A model generated the notes under the pieces. It ran no database searches, was not told the origin of the DNA, and saw only the letters and a list, made by a program, of their open reading frames with translations. This document shows, piece by piece, positions 39,853 through 49,703 of a DNA stretch of 64,000 nt. A program made the position numbers and the translations under genes. How positions within the stretch are numbered: position 1 is the first letter of the stretch; every line of letters starts with the position of its first letter. Source of the stretch: an uncultured delta proteobacterium (GTDB lineage Bacteria > Desulfobacterota > Binatia > DP-6); the NCBI GenBank assembly GCA_963815115.1, contig CAWFFN010000005.1:1472001-1536000 (forward strand), read 5' to 3'.

Positions 39853-40170
39853 TCAGGACCACTCGCGATCGACCGATCGTCTGAGATTCGCGAGGCAGCC
39901 TTCCACCGCGGCGAGGCATTCCGGGTCGCGCCAGCACCACGCCTCCAGGCTGAGTCTGATGAGCCGGTCCCAGTCGGAGTTGAGGACGACATCACGGCTC
40001 TCGTACAGCCGAACGAGGCAAGCCACCGACTTCTGGTCGGTTTCCGCGGCGCCGTTCGGGATCCGGCGAGGGTCGGGCCGCCGCCGGAAGGCGACGACGA
40101 TCCCTCGTGAGCGACCCGTGGTCGAGAGCGTTGCCTCGGAAGCTCGATCCTCAAACATGATCCCTCGCAT
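39853..40170 (-). CDS. Small hypothetical protein
   Basis: 105-aa ORF with a helical-looking C-terminal half; no recognised family. Confidence 0.4.
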   Translation of the reverse strand: MRGIMFEDRASEATLSTTGRSRGIVVAFRRRPDPRRIPNGAAETDQKSVACLVRLYESRDVVLNSDWDRLIRLSLEAWCWRDPECLAAVEGCLANLRRSVDREWS

Positions 40171-40329
40171 CTACCGGACGCCTGCGCCGGTCATTCGCGG
40201 GACGGTGCACGGTCGGACGGTTGTCGCAGGTCATCCGGAACCGGGTGGAAGGGCGGCGGCACCCTCGAGAGTGCGCGCGCCGGCTCGGCCTCGGATTCCC
40301 ATCGTACGCTCGGCCGTCGGGCATCGACC

Positions 40330-40357
40330 ACATGTTCATGTCGACATGTTCATGTCG
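40330..40357. repeat. 14-bp tandem direct repeat containing a 12-bp palindrome
   Basis: ACATGTTCATGTCG x2; CATGTCGACATG at 40337-40348. Confidence 0.8.
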
Positions 40358-40634
40358 ACCTCGTCGAATCGGATACTTCCAGCTCGCGGGCCGTCCTCAC
40401 GTCCCCAGCTCCCGTGCTCACTTGCCCGAGCGCCAGCACCCCGCGCATGAAGTCGATCAACTGGCTGGCGGACCCGAAGGACGTCGCCCTGCCCGAGACG
40501 ATGTGCTCGACCCGGCCACGGAGCTGATCGTCGGGCGCCGTTTCGCTGCTACTGCACTCGACGAGAAATGCCCCTCGGGGAAGCAAGACGGGGCTTTCGG
40601 CGGTCGTCGAGCGATCTCCACGGGGGTCCGGCAC
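40350..40634 (-). CDS. Small GRVEH-motif hypothetical protein
   Basis: AFLVE...GRVEHIVSG....F.S..QL..FM pattern; divergent from the wHTH-STAND gene. Confidence 0.7.
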   Translation of the reverse strand: MPDPRGDRSTTAESPVLLPRGAFLVECSSSETAPDDQLRGRVEHIVSGRATSFGSASQLIDFMRGVLALGQVSTGAGDVRTARELEVSDSTRST

Positions 40635-40781
40635 GCCGGCGTCGTAGCCCCGAACCGGCGCCGAAGTCCCGCGAACATTGCGCGATCATTCCGCAATTCC
40701 GGGAAAGCCTACCTGGGGGTGCCCCCAGGCCTCCCTCGACGCGTTTGTCCGATGGCCCGGACGTCGGGTAGACACAAGTGC

Positions 40782-43676
40782 ATGACCTCGGCGCCCAAGG
40801 GGGCGAATCTGATCCACTTTGCCCCCTTTGCGCTCGATGCGCCGAACGCGCGTCTGTACCGCGGCGACGAGGTCATTCCGTTGCGAGGCAAGACGCTTGC
40901 CGTCCTCGAGTACCTGGTGGCCCGCCCGGGCCGGCTGGTGACCAAGGACGAGCTGCTGAAGGAGATATGGCCGGAGGTATACGTCTCCGAGGACGTCCTC
41001 GTCGGATGCGTGCACGAACTGCGGCAAGTCTTCGGCGATACCCGGAGCGCGGCGAAGTTCGTCGAGACGGTGTACCGACGCGGCTATCGATGGATCGCTG
41101 GAACCGTCGACGATGAGCGCGGAGAACAGCGCCGGCTCTCGACGCCAGCGGGAGCCCCGCAGCCGGTCCCCATCTTCGTCGGTCGCGAAGCGGACGTCGC
41201 GCAACTCCGGTCGTGGCTCGCGCACGCCGCGAGCGGGGTACGGCAGGTGGTCTTCGTCACCGGCGAAGCTGGCATCGGGAAAACCGCTCTCGTGGACGCC
41301 TTTCTCGAGGATCTGCTCAAGGCCCCTTGTCTCGTCGCTCGCGGGCAATGCATCGAGCAGTACGGCCCGGCCGAGCCCTTCCTGCCACTGCTCGATGCGC
41401 TGGTGCGGCTGGGTCGCGAGCCGGACAACACCTCCGTGGCGTCGACTCTGGAGCGCTGTCTACCGGATCCATTGCTGTCGCCGGCAGCATCCAGATCGAT
41501 CGGCCCCGGGTCGGGCGGCATCATGCCCGAACGCGCCGTGCGCCTGCTCGGCGGCGCAGTCGAAGCTGTCGCTGCAGAGGGCGTCATCGTTCTCGTCCTG
41601 GAGGATCTGCACTGGAGCGATCCGTCGACGATCGACGTCCTCTCGTACGTTGCGCAACGGTCGGAACCGTGCCGGCTGATGGTGCTCGCCACCTACCGGC
41701 CGACCGACGTCATTCTCCGTCGCCACCCGCTGCGGGGACTCGCGTCCGAGCTGCGCGCGCGCCGGCGCAGCGAGCAACTCCCTCTCGGTCGCCTCACGGT
41801 GGACGCCGTGCACCAGTGGCTCGGATGCCTGTGCTCATCACCGCCGCAAGCGCTGGTGGCATGGCTGCACGGGCGCACCGACGGTCACCCGTTGTTTCTC
41901 GTGATGCTCTTCGAGGCACTGGCCACGGCTGGCATGGTCGCGTGTGATCACGGCGAGTGGAGCGTCCAGCCAGGCTACGCCGAGTTCGGCGTCCCGGAGA
42001 GCCTCCGCTTGATGATCGACCGGCAGGCCGAGCGTCTGGACGACGCGGATCGGTTCCTCCTGGAGGCCGCCAGCACGGCAGGCACGCACTTCTCGGCGGC
42101 CAGCGTCGCCGCCGCCGTGGAGCAAGACGTCGTCTCCGTGGAGGCGCGTTGCGACGCGCTCACGCGCGCGAGCCAGTTCCTTCGCGCGGCCGATCCCTGG
42201 CAATGGCCGGACGGTACGGTGGCGGGCGGTTACCGATTCAGCCACGAGCTGTACCGGAGCGTCTTCTACGAGAACCGCCCGCCGGCCCGCGGGCGATTGC
42301 TCCACCAACGCATCGGCGAGCGCCTCGAACGAGCCTACGGATCGCGCGCCGACGAGCTGGCGACGGAGTTGTCGATCCACTTCGACCGTGGCGGCGACCC
42401 GGCGCGCGCGGTCGCCTATCTCGAGAAGGTCGCGGCAGACTGCAACCGCCGCGGGGCCCATCGAGAAGCGACCGCGAGCGTCCGGCGTGCCCTCGAGATC
42501 GTCTCGCTGCAGCCGGACACGCCGGAGCGCACCGACCGGACCATCTTCCTGAACCTCCAGCTCGGTGCCTCCCTGCTGGTAGCGGAAGACTACGCCGATC
42601 CCGCGGTGGAGGCCGCGTTCCGGCGTGTCCAGCAGCTCGCCGAGCAAGCCGACGCGCTCCCCCCGCTGCTGACCGCCCTGGCCGGGCTGCACGGTTACCA
42701 CGCTGCCCGCGCGCAGCTCACCGACGCCGACCGCATCGTCCCGCGCATGATCCAGCTCGCCGAGCGCTTGCCGCTGCCGCAAGCGTCGCTGGTCGCGAAT
42801 ACGTGCGCTGCCTGGTTGCGGTGGAACCAGGGCGAGCTTGCCCGCGCGCGCGAGCACGCCATGCAGGCGATCACCGCCAAACCGGTCGAGGCCATGTCAT
42901 TTCCGTCCACCTTCGATCTCGTCGGGTATGCGTTCGGGACCGCAGCGTTCGTCGAGATGGCCCTCGGAAACGTCGACGCGGCACGGCTCCGGTCGGAGGA
43001 GGGCCTCGCCTGGTCACGCCAGAGCACGCGCCCCGTCGACCGGGCTACCGCACTGGCGCTTGCCGGCATGCTCCACGCCTTCATGAACGAGCCCTCGGCC
43101 GCGGGCAGGCTGGCCGCAGAAGCGGTCGCCGTGGCAGACGAGTACGGATACCGGCAGTGGAGAGCCATCGGGCGGTTCATCACGGCGTGGGCCCTGGCGG
43201 ACGCAGAACGCAATGCCGGCTCGCTCGGCCCCGTGATGCAGGGTCTCGACGAATACACGCGGATGGGGCTGCGGGCACTGCTGTCGTCGCTTCTCTGCTT
43301 GGCGGCTCGCGTACACATCCGCGCCGGCAGGAAGCAAGCCGGCATGGAGCTGCTCGAACGAGCCGAAGCGCACGTGCGCGACACTCGCGAACGCTGGTAC
43401 GAGGCCGAGTTGCATCGCCTCCGCGGCACCGTCGTGCAGTCGCGGGAGCCGGAGACGGCCGAGGCGCATTTTCGACAGGCCATCGAGGTCGCCCGCGCGC
43501 AAGGCGCCAGGCTGTGGGAGTTGCGTGCCGCCGTGGACCTCGCGGCGATGTGGGGACAGGAGAGGAAGCGAGCAGCCGCGCGTCACTTGCTGCAGCCGGT
43601 GCTGTCCTCGTTTGCAAGCGATGCCGACGCGGTCGATCTGCGGGCAGCGCGGGAGCTGTACGCGCGACTTGCATGA
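40782..43676 (+). CDS. OmpR-type winged-helix + STAND AAA ATPase + TPR regulator
   Basis: Trans_reg_C (VTKDELL..IW...ELR..FGD...VETV.RRGYR), GEAGIGKT, LEDLHW, TDGHPLF; C-terminal EAELHRLRG...WELRAA. Confidence 0.93.
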   Translation: MTSAPKGANLIHFAPFALDAPNARLYRGDEVIPLRGKTLAVLEYLVARPGRLVTKDELLKEIWPEVYVSEDVLVGCVHELRQVFGDTRSAAKFVETVYRRGYRWIAGTVDDERGEQRRLSTPAGAPQPVPIFVGREADVAQLRSWLAHAASGVRQVVFVTGEAGIGKTALVDAFLEDLLKAPCLVARGQCIEQYGPAEPFLPLLDALVRLGREPDNTSVASTLERCLPDPLLSPAASRSIGPGSGGIMPERAVRLLGGAVEAVAAEGVIVLVLEDLHWSDPSTIDVLSYVAQRSEPCRLMVLATYRPTDVILRRHPLRGLASELRARRRSEQLPLGRLTVDAVHQWLGCLCSSPPQALVAWLHGRTDGHPLFLVMLFEALATAGMVACDHGEWSVQPGYAEFGVPESLRLMIDRQAERLDDADRFLLEAASTAGTHFSAASVAAAVEQDVVSVEARCDALTRASQFLRAADPWQWPDGTVAGGYRFSHELYRSVFYENRPPARGRLLHQRIGERLERAYGSRADELATELSIHFDRGGDPARAVAYLEKVAADCNRRGAHREATASVRRALEIVSLQPDTPERTDRTIFLNLQLGASLLVAEDYADPAVEAAFRRVQQLAEQADALPPLLTALAGLHGYHAARAQLTDADRIVPRMIQLAERLPLPQASLVANTCAAWLRWNQGELARAREHAMQAITAKPVEAMSFPSTFDLVGYAFGTAAFVEMALGNVDAARLRSEEGLAWSRQSTRPVDRATALALAGMLHAFMNEPSAAGRLAAEAVAVADEYGYRQWRAIGRFITAWALADAERNAGSLGPVMQGLDEYTRMGLRALLSSLLCLAARVHIRAGRKQAGMELLERAEAHVRDTRERWYEAELHRLRGTVVQSREPETAEAHFRQAIEVARAQGARLWELRAAVDLAAMWGQERKRAAARHLLQPVLSSFASDADAVDLRAARELYARLA

Positions 43677-43757
43677 GGAGCCACGGTCACGTTCTTGCGG
43701 CGTCCTTTGTGTAGGTTTCCCTCCGGTGTCCCTCGGGAACGAGAGCGAAGCGGGCGG

Positions 43758-44176
43758 TCAGTCGACCTTGGTGGACGCGACGCACAGCTCGCTGCGCTTG
43801 GTCACGTCGAGCTCTCTCGGGCCGAACTGGTCGTTCGTGAAGACCGGCGGGATGTCGAGGTGCTCGCGACCGACCTTGACGTCGTAGCACAGGAGATGGA
43901 TCGCATGTGTCTCGGCGCCAGGGGACTCGCCGTTCTTGTTCGCCGGGGTGCAGAGCGTCCGCGGCTGCACCACGTCGACCGTCTGGGGTCCGAACTGGTC
44001 GATCAGCTGCACCCCGGACACGGGGACGAACTTGGCGGATCCGGACGTGCGGCGCACCTTGTAGCACAGGTAGTGGTCGAGGCCCGTCGGCGCGAGCGGC
44101 GGCGGCCCCGTCGAGCTCTTCGTGGCCGGGACCAGCAGCCGGCTGAAGCGCGTCGCGTCGAGGTGGATGCTGCCGA
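43758..44176 (-). pseudogene. Headless 3' fragment of a DHxLCY/DQFG-repeat secreted protein
   Basis: LLVPATKS...DHYLCYKV...DQFG...LC.P..KNGE...HLLCY...DQFG...LCV.S.K; begins mid-repeat. Confidence 0.8.
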
Positions 44177-45071
44177 CAACTTCTCCGCGATCCCACCGTC
44201 GTCGACGACGTATCCGGCGGTCAGTTGCGTGATCGGGGACAACAGCGGTGCGGCCTGCTCGTGCGGCACGAACAGCGGCGTCTATCAGGCGCGGGTCCAC
44301 GCGGGCCCCGGACGCCTCGAGCTGAATCCCGCGGGTACCGACATCGCGGACATCATCAAGACCGTCTCGGTGGCTTGTGTGACGACCACCACCACGACGA
44401 CCCTGGCCCCGCACTTCCAGTGCTATGAGACGAAGCGGCAGGCGGTGGCCAGCGTCCCGGTGACCCTGGTGGACCAGTTCGGCACCTTCCAGATGAGCGC
44501 CCGGCGGCCGCACCGTCTGTGCGCGCTGGTCGACAAGAACGGCGAGAACCCGAACGCCCCGACGGATCCCGCGCACCTGGTCGGATACGACCTGCGCGGG
44601 GACGCGCACCAGTTCAAGCCCCTGCGCAACGTGCACGTGACGAACCAGTTCGGTACCGTCAGCATCGATGTGGTGCGATTCGCCAACCTCCTGGTGCCGG
44701 CCGCGAAGAGCCTGGTCGCCCAGCCGCCGCCCCTCCCGCCGGGGGTGATCGACCACTTTCTCTGCTACAAGGTACGGCACATCCCCGGCACGCCCCCCTT
44801 CGCGCCGATCCCGGGCGTCACCCTCATCGACCAGTTCGGCACCAAGGTCGTCACCGTGGTGGATCCGAGATTCCTCTGCACGCCGGTGGACAAGAACGGC
44901 GAGTCGCCGGGCGCCGAGCTGCACCCGATGCACCTCCTCTGCTACGAGACGAGGTTCGGTCGCGACTCCATCAACATATCCCCGGTCTTCACGACGGATC
45001 AGTTCGGCGACAAGACCTTGCAGTTGATCCGGCGGGAGGAGCTCTGCGTCCCGTCCACCAAGACTCTCTAG
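44177..45071 (+). pseudogene. Headless 3' fragment of a paralogous DHxLCY/DQFG-repeat protein
   Basis: Partial domain, T7 linker, then four HxxCY/(D/N)QFG repeats; no signal peptide or credible start. Confidence 0.8.
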
Positions 45072-45082
45072 CCCGCTGACGG

Positions 45083-45118
45083 TGCCCGTGGCTCGACTCT
45101 CCCGTCGAGCCACGGGCA
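45083..45118 (+). terminator. Perfect 15-bp stem-loop after the 45071 stop
   Basis: TGCCCGTGGCTCGAC-TCTCCC-GTCGAGCCACGGGCA; no U-tract. Confidence 0.6.
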
Positions 45119-45171
45119 TCCGCTCGGAAGCGACCCTTTCGTCTCCATCAATCGCTTGCTACCCTTGCGGC

Positions 45172-46584
45172 GTGGGAGGGCCTCCGCTGCCTCTGGCGTC
45201 CGACCACGACGGGGCAACGGCCGGTGGACCCGACCAGGCTCGGAAGACTCGCATCGTGATCCTCGGCGGTGGCTTCGGCGGGGTCTACACCGCCCGCCAC
45301 CTGGAGCGGCTCTGCAAGCGCCGGCCGGACGTCGAAGTCATCCTGGTGAGCCGGGACAACTTCCTCCTCGTGACGCCGCTGCTGTTCGAGGTGTGCTCGG
45401 GCACCCTCGATCTGCGGCACTGCTGCTTCCCGGTCCGGGCCTTCCTGCGGACCACCCGGTTCGGCGAGGGGACGGTGCAGAGCGTCGACCTGGAGCGACG
45501 GACGGTCCGCGTGGCTTTCGCCGGTCGAAGCAGCGAGCTGGCCTACGACCAGCTGGTGCTGGCGCTCGGGGCCCTGACCAACCAGAACATGATCCCGGGG
45601 TCCGAGAACGCGTTCACCTTCAAGACGCTCGCCGACGCCCTGCTGCTGCGCAACCACATGATCGAGCGCTTCGAACGCGCCGACACGGAACCGGACCCCG
45701 AGCGCAGGCGCGCGCTGCTCACGTTCGTGATCATCGGCGCGGGGCTGGTGGGGGTCGAGCTGTTCGGCGAGGTGACCGCGTTCATCGACGCGACCACGAC
45801 GCTGTACCCCCACGTGAGCCGCGACGAGGTGCGCTGCATCCTGCTCCAGGGTGGCGAACGCATCATGCCGGAGATGGATGCGAAGCTGACGGCGTACGGG
45901 GTCCGCGTGCTCGGCGGCCGGCGCGGGGCCGACATTCGCATCCACGCCGCGGTGCGGGCCATCGAGCCGGGCAAGGTCCACCTGCAGGGAGAGACCATCC
46001 ACGCGGAGACGATCGTCCTGGCGGCCGGGATCGTTCCCAACCCGGTCGTGGCGAGCCTCCCCTTGGAAAAGGACCAGCGCGGGCACATCGTCGTCGACGG
46101 CACCATGCGCTGCAAGAATCGCCCGGAGGTGTGGGCGATCGGGGATTGTGCGTTCATTCCGTCGCCCGAGGGCAAGCCCTATCCCAACCTGGCCCAGCAT
46201 GCCCTGCGGGAGGCCAGGGTGCTGGCCGGGAACCTCCGTGCCGTGCTCGACGGCCGGCCACCCAGACCGTTCGTCTACGAAACCCTGGGCATGATGGGAT
46301 CCCTCGGTCACGGCAAGGCGTTCGGCCAGCTCATGGGGGTGCGCGTGCATGGCGTCGTGGCGTGGTTCGTGCGCCGTACCTACTACCTGCTCCAGATGCC
46401 GGGGTGGGGCCGCCGGCTGCGCATCGTGACCGACTGGACGTTCGCACTGCTCTTCCCGGTCGACGTCACCAAGATGAGCCTGGAGAGCGAAGCGGCGCTG
46501 CTGCTGCGCGAAGCGCAGGCCGATGCCGTCGGCATGAGCGCGCCTCCCGGCGGCACGCCTGCGCCAGGCGGGACCCGTCCGTGA
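45172..46584 (+). CDS. Type II NADH dehydrogenase-like FAD/NAD oxidoreductase
   Basis: IVILGGGFGG, YDQLVLALG, IIGAGLVGVE..GE, VWAIGD, AQHA; start approximate. Confidence 0.9.
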   Translation: MGGPPLPLASDHDGATAGGPDQARKTRIVILGGGFGGVYTARHLERLCKRRPDVEVILVSRDNFLLVTPLLFEVCSGTLDLRHCCFPVRAFLRTTRFGEGTVQSVDLERRTVRVAFAGRSSELAYDQLVLALGALTNQNMIPGSENAFTFKTLADALLLRNHMIERFERADTEPDPERRRALLTFVIIGAGLVGVELFGEVTAFIDATTTLYPHVSRDEVRCILLQGGERIMPEMDAKLTAYGVRVLGGRRGADIRIHAAVRAIEPGKVHLQGETIHAETIVLAAGIVPNPVVASLPLEKDQRGHIVVDGTMRCKNRPEVWAIGDCAFIPSPEGKPYPNLAQHALREARVLAGNLRAVLDGRPPRPFVYETLGMMGSLGHGKAFGQLMGVRVHGVVAWFVRRTYYLLQMPGWGRRLRIVTDWTFALLFPVDVTKMSLESEAALLLREAQADAVGMSAPPGGTPAPGGTRP

Positions 46585-47848
46585 CCGCGGATCGGCTCCC
46601 GTCGCGACGCAGCGCCGGCGCGCTCCCGTACACCGCGGCACCGACGCGCTCGGGATAATCGTCCGGGAAGGTCCACAGGCTGCGACCGGCGTCGTGCACG
46701 AGGCCGCGCCAGGCCGGATCGAACGGGTAGACCATCGACAGCAGCACGTCGCTCGAGATCCGCTCGTTCGCGACCCAGTAGCCGTGGCCGCGCATGCCGG
46801 CCAGCTCGTGGGGGCCGGGTACGCCGGCCACGTCGATGCCCACCAGGCGGTCGTCGGACGCCAGGGTCTTCAGCTCCTCCCGCGTGAGCTCGTCGAATCG
46901 CGGCCGCCCCAGGCGCGAGGCGCGGGACAGGAGCGCCGCGAACTTGAGCGCGCCGTCGTTCTCCGAGACGTACACCTCCGTGCGTCGAGCGACGTCCCGC
47001 AGGGCCGGCAGGTGCGAGCGCGCGAAGGTCTGGAGGTCGATGTCGGCCGCCACGAAGATCGCGTTGGCGATGCGATAGCGGCGCTGGAGCGCGGCCTGGT
47101 CCTCCTCCGGGTGGCGATCGCGCAGCTCGACCAGTGCCTCGGCGAGCAGCGGCGAGCCGCAGCTGAAAGCGATCAGATTGATGCGCCGGGCCTGGCTGTG
47201 CTCCGCCACCAGCTCGATGAGCCGCGCGATGTCGGGAACGAAAGCGCGGGCCCGCGGGCAGTCCACCAGGTAGTTCCACACCGAGGTGCCCGTCGGCCAG
47301 CTGAAGGCCACCACCGCCGACGAGCGGCCGAGGTAGTGTGCCCAGGTGCCCATCAGCACCATCACCTGGTCGAAGGTCACGCGGAACCCCGGCACGTAGA
47401 TCACCGCCTCGCCGGTGCGCGAGGACTGGACCTGCCGATCGATGCCTTCGACGAAGGCGCGCTCGGCGTCGCTGCCCCAGACGCCGAACTCCTCGACGGA
47501 CGTGACGCGTGCCGGGCGCAGCGCGTCGGCACGGCTGTTGCGATCCGATTCGACGAGGTCCTCGAAGGTCCAGTCGGACTCGCCGAGGTGCACGTGGGCG
47601 AGACCGAGTCGCACCGCGTCGCCGACTTCCCGGGAGTAGCGTTCGCGATGGCCCTCCGGCGCCGGTGCCCGTGTCGTCGCATAGAAGACGCGCACGTCGG
47701 TGTCGCGATGCTCGGGCGCCACGAAGCGGGTGAAGTCGAGGCGCGGATCCTTCATCAGAATCGGCGCCGGGAACATGGTCCAGCGCCGTTCGCCATTGTC
47801 CCCGCAGCCGAGCGACAGGGCGACGAGGAGGAGGCCGGCGACGCGCAT
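46466..47848 (-). CDS. DUF900-like alpha/beta hydrolase lipoprotein
   Basis: Lipobox LSLGC; VFYATTR, YVPGF, FSWP, IAFSCG, AADID, Y.S.ND.AL, GHGY. Confidence 0.8.
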   Translation of the reverse strand: MRVAGLLLVALSLGCGDNGERRWTMFPAPILMKDPRLDFTRFVAPEHRDTDVRVFYATTRAPAPEGHRERYSREVGDAVRLGLAHVHLGESDWTFEDLVESDRNSRADALRPARVTSVEEFGVWGSDAERAFVEGIDRQVQSSRTGEAVIYVPGFRVTFDQVMVLMGTWAHYLGRSSAVVAFSWPTGTSVWNYLVDCPRARAFVPDIARLIELVAEHSQARRINLIAFSCGSPLLAEALVELRDRHPEEDQAALQRRYRIANAIFVAADIDLQTFARSHLPALRDVARRTEVYVSENDGALKFAALLSRASRLGRPRFDELTREELKTLASDDRLVGIDVAGVPGPHELAGMRGHGYWVANERISSDVLLSMVYPFDPAWRGLVHDAGRSLWTFPDDYPERVGAAVYGSAPALRRDGSRSAVTDGSRLAQACRREARSCRRHRPALRAAAAPLRSPGSSW

Positions 47849-47908
47849 GGAGCCCCGGGAGGGTGCGCCGGACTCCTTCTTCCCGCGGCGGCCCGGGAGC
47901 ATCGAATG

Positions 47909-49423
47909 CTAGGCCCGGCGGTCCGAGACCGCGAAGCTCTCTCGACCCGCGGCATCGCAGGCCGCGAGCTCGGCGCGCCGGTGCCCGGCCTCGGCCGCCG
48001 CCGCGACGCCGCGCAGCGTGCCCTCGAAGACCAGGCGGTGCAGCGGATAGATTCCGTACCAGTAGGCGAGGCCGGCAAGGCCGATCGGGTCGAAGATCGC
48101 CGTCTGTCGGATCGTGGCGCCACCCTCGCGTGGCACCACCTCGTACTCGAGCCACGCGCGGCCCGGCAGCTTCATCTCCGCCTCGAGGAACAAGCGGCGG
48201 TCGGGCTCGACCGCCGCCACGCGCCAGAAGTCGAGGGCGTCGCCCACCTGGACGGTCTCGGGATCGCGCCGACCGCGGCGCAGGCCGACCCCGCCGGCCA
48301 GCACGTCCAGATAGCCGCGCATGCGCCACAGCCAGTCGCCGTAGTAGTACCCGGTCGTCCCGCCGAGGCGGCGGATCGGGGCGAACGCCTCGTGTGGCGT
48401 CGCCGCGACCTGGAGCAGGCGCGAGTCGACCAGCCGATTCCCGAAGCGGACACCGCCCCAGTCGCGCGGCTCGCCCGCCGCCGAGAGCGCGTCCGACCAG
48501 CGGGTGGCGGCGATCGTCTCGTCCTCGTTGCGAAGCGCGGCGCCGATGGCCTCGCGGATGCCCTGCGGGCGCACGGCGAACGCCCGGAGCGCACCGTCGT
48601 CCCGCACCACCGTCGGGTGCCGGATGCTGTCGATCAGCTTCCGTCCGACCCGTGCATAGAGCGGGGTCACGAGGCCGAGCCAGAGGCTCGACAGGCGCGG
48701 CGTCAGGACCGGAACCGGGATCATCAGACGGCGCAGCCCGCGCTGGCGCGCATACTCGCGCATGATCTCGCCGTAGGAGACGCGGTCGGCGCCCCCGATC
48801 TCGAAGACGCGGCTCTCGTCGCCGGCGAGGTCGCGCGCCTCGGCGAGGTACTTGAGGAGGTCGGTGATGCCGATCGGCTGGGCCAGCACCGACACCCAGC
48901 GCGGCATGATCATGACGGGCAGGCGCTCGACCAGCGCGCGGATCATCTCGAAAGACAGGCTGCCCGAGCCGATCACGATCGAGGCCCTCAGCTCGATGAC
49001 CGGCACGCCCGACGCGCGCAGCACCTGGCCGACCTCCTGGCGGCTGCGCAGATGTGGTGAGAGCGCGGCCTGCGGGTCCCCGAGACCGCCCAGATAGATG
49101 ATGCGTCGCACCCCGGCCGCCCGCGCCGCGGCGCCGAAGCGCTCGGCGGCGCAACGGTCGGTTTCCTGGAACGCGGCGGGAGAGCCCATCGAGTGCACGA
49201 GGTAGTAGGCGGTGTGCACGCCCTCGAACGCCGGTCCGAGGCTGCCCGCATCGAGCACGTCGGCGCGGACGAGCTCGGTGCGTTCGTCGAGGACATGGCG
49301 AAGGAACTCGGGGCGCCGCGCGAGGCAGCGGACGCGCACGCGGGCGCGCTGGAGCTCCCGCAGCAACCTTCCGCCGACGTAACCGGTCGCGCCGGTGAGC
49401 AGGACGAAGGGCTCCGGGGTCAC
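47909..49423 (-). CDS. SDR oxidoreductase with DUF2867 domain (YbjT-like)
   Basis: LTGATGYVGG, YYLVHSM, IYLGGLG, SPHLRSR, LDFWRV, AEMKLPGRAWL. Confidence 0.92.
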   Translation of the reverse strand: MTPEPFVLLTGATGYVGGRLLRELQRARVRVRCLARRPEFLRHVLDERTELVRADVLDAGSLGPAFEGVHTAYYLVHSMGSPAAFQETDRCAAERFGAAARAAGVRRIIYLGGLGDPQAALSPHLRSRQEVGQVLRASGVPVIELRASIVIGSGSLSFEMIRALVERLPVMIMPRWVSVLAQPIGITDLLKYLAEARDLAGDESRVFEIGGADRVSYGEIMREYARQRGLRRLMIPVPVLTPRLSSLWLGLVTPLYARVGRKLIDSIRHPTVVRDDGALRAFAVRPQGIREAIGAALRNEDETIAATRWSDALSAAGEPRDWGGVRFGNRLVDSRLLQVAATPHEAFAPIRRLGGTTGYYYGDWLWRMRGYLDVLAGGVGLRRGRRDPETVQVGDALDFWRVAAVEPDRRLFLEAEMKLPGRAWLEYEVVPREGGATIRQTAIFDPIGLAGLAYWYGIYPLHRLVFEGTLRGVAAAAEAGHRRAELAACDAAGRESFAVSDRRA

Positions 49424-49703
49424 TTCGGCAACTCTACCGGATGGCGGCGATCCGACCAACGCGGCGAGCACCGTCCGAGGACTCTGCTTCCGCGGGTCCG
49501 AAGGAAACGACGCCTCCAAACGATCCACCGCGGAGGCCTTGGCCGGTGTCGAAAGTCCAATCGGACTCCATGGTTGGGCGTCCGGCTCGCCCTGTCACCC
49601 ATGGCATGGACCTTGCGCAGTCCTGTGCCCCACGCGTCGCCATGCGGCGACCGGTGGATCGGTGAAACCCACGTTGGTCGGAATTGCAGAAGGAAAAATA
49701 CTG

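Noticed and set aside
39240-44176. Single inversion joining the 5' fragment at 39.3 kb to the headless tail at 44.2 kb
   Set aside because: The model needs the 5' half of the minus-strand tail on the + strand left of 39240. It is not there, and the joined sequence does not follow the intact paralog.
46466-46584. Convergent gene overlaps here and at 51949-52100
   Set aside because: Low-information tails from stop-poor GC-rich sequence or indels; no sign of function.
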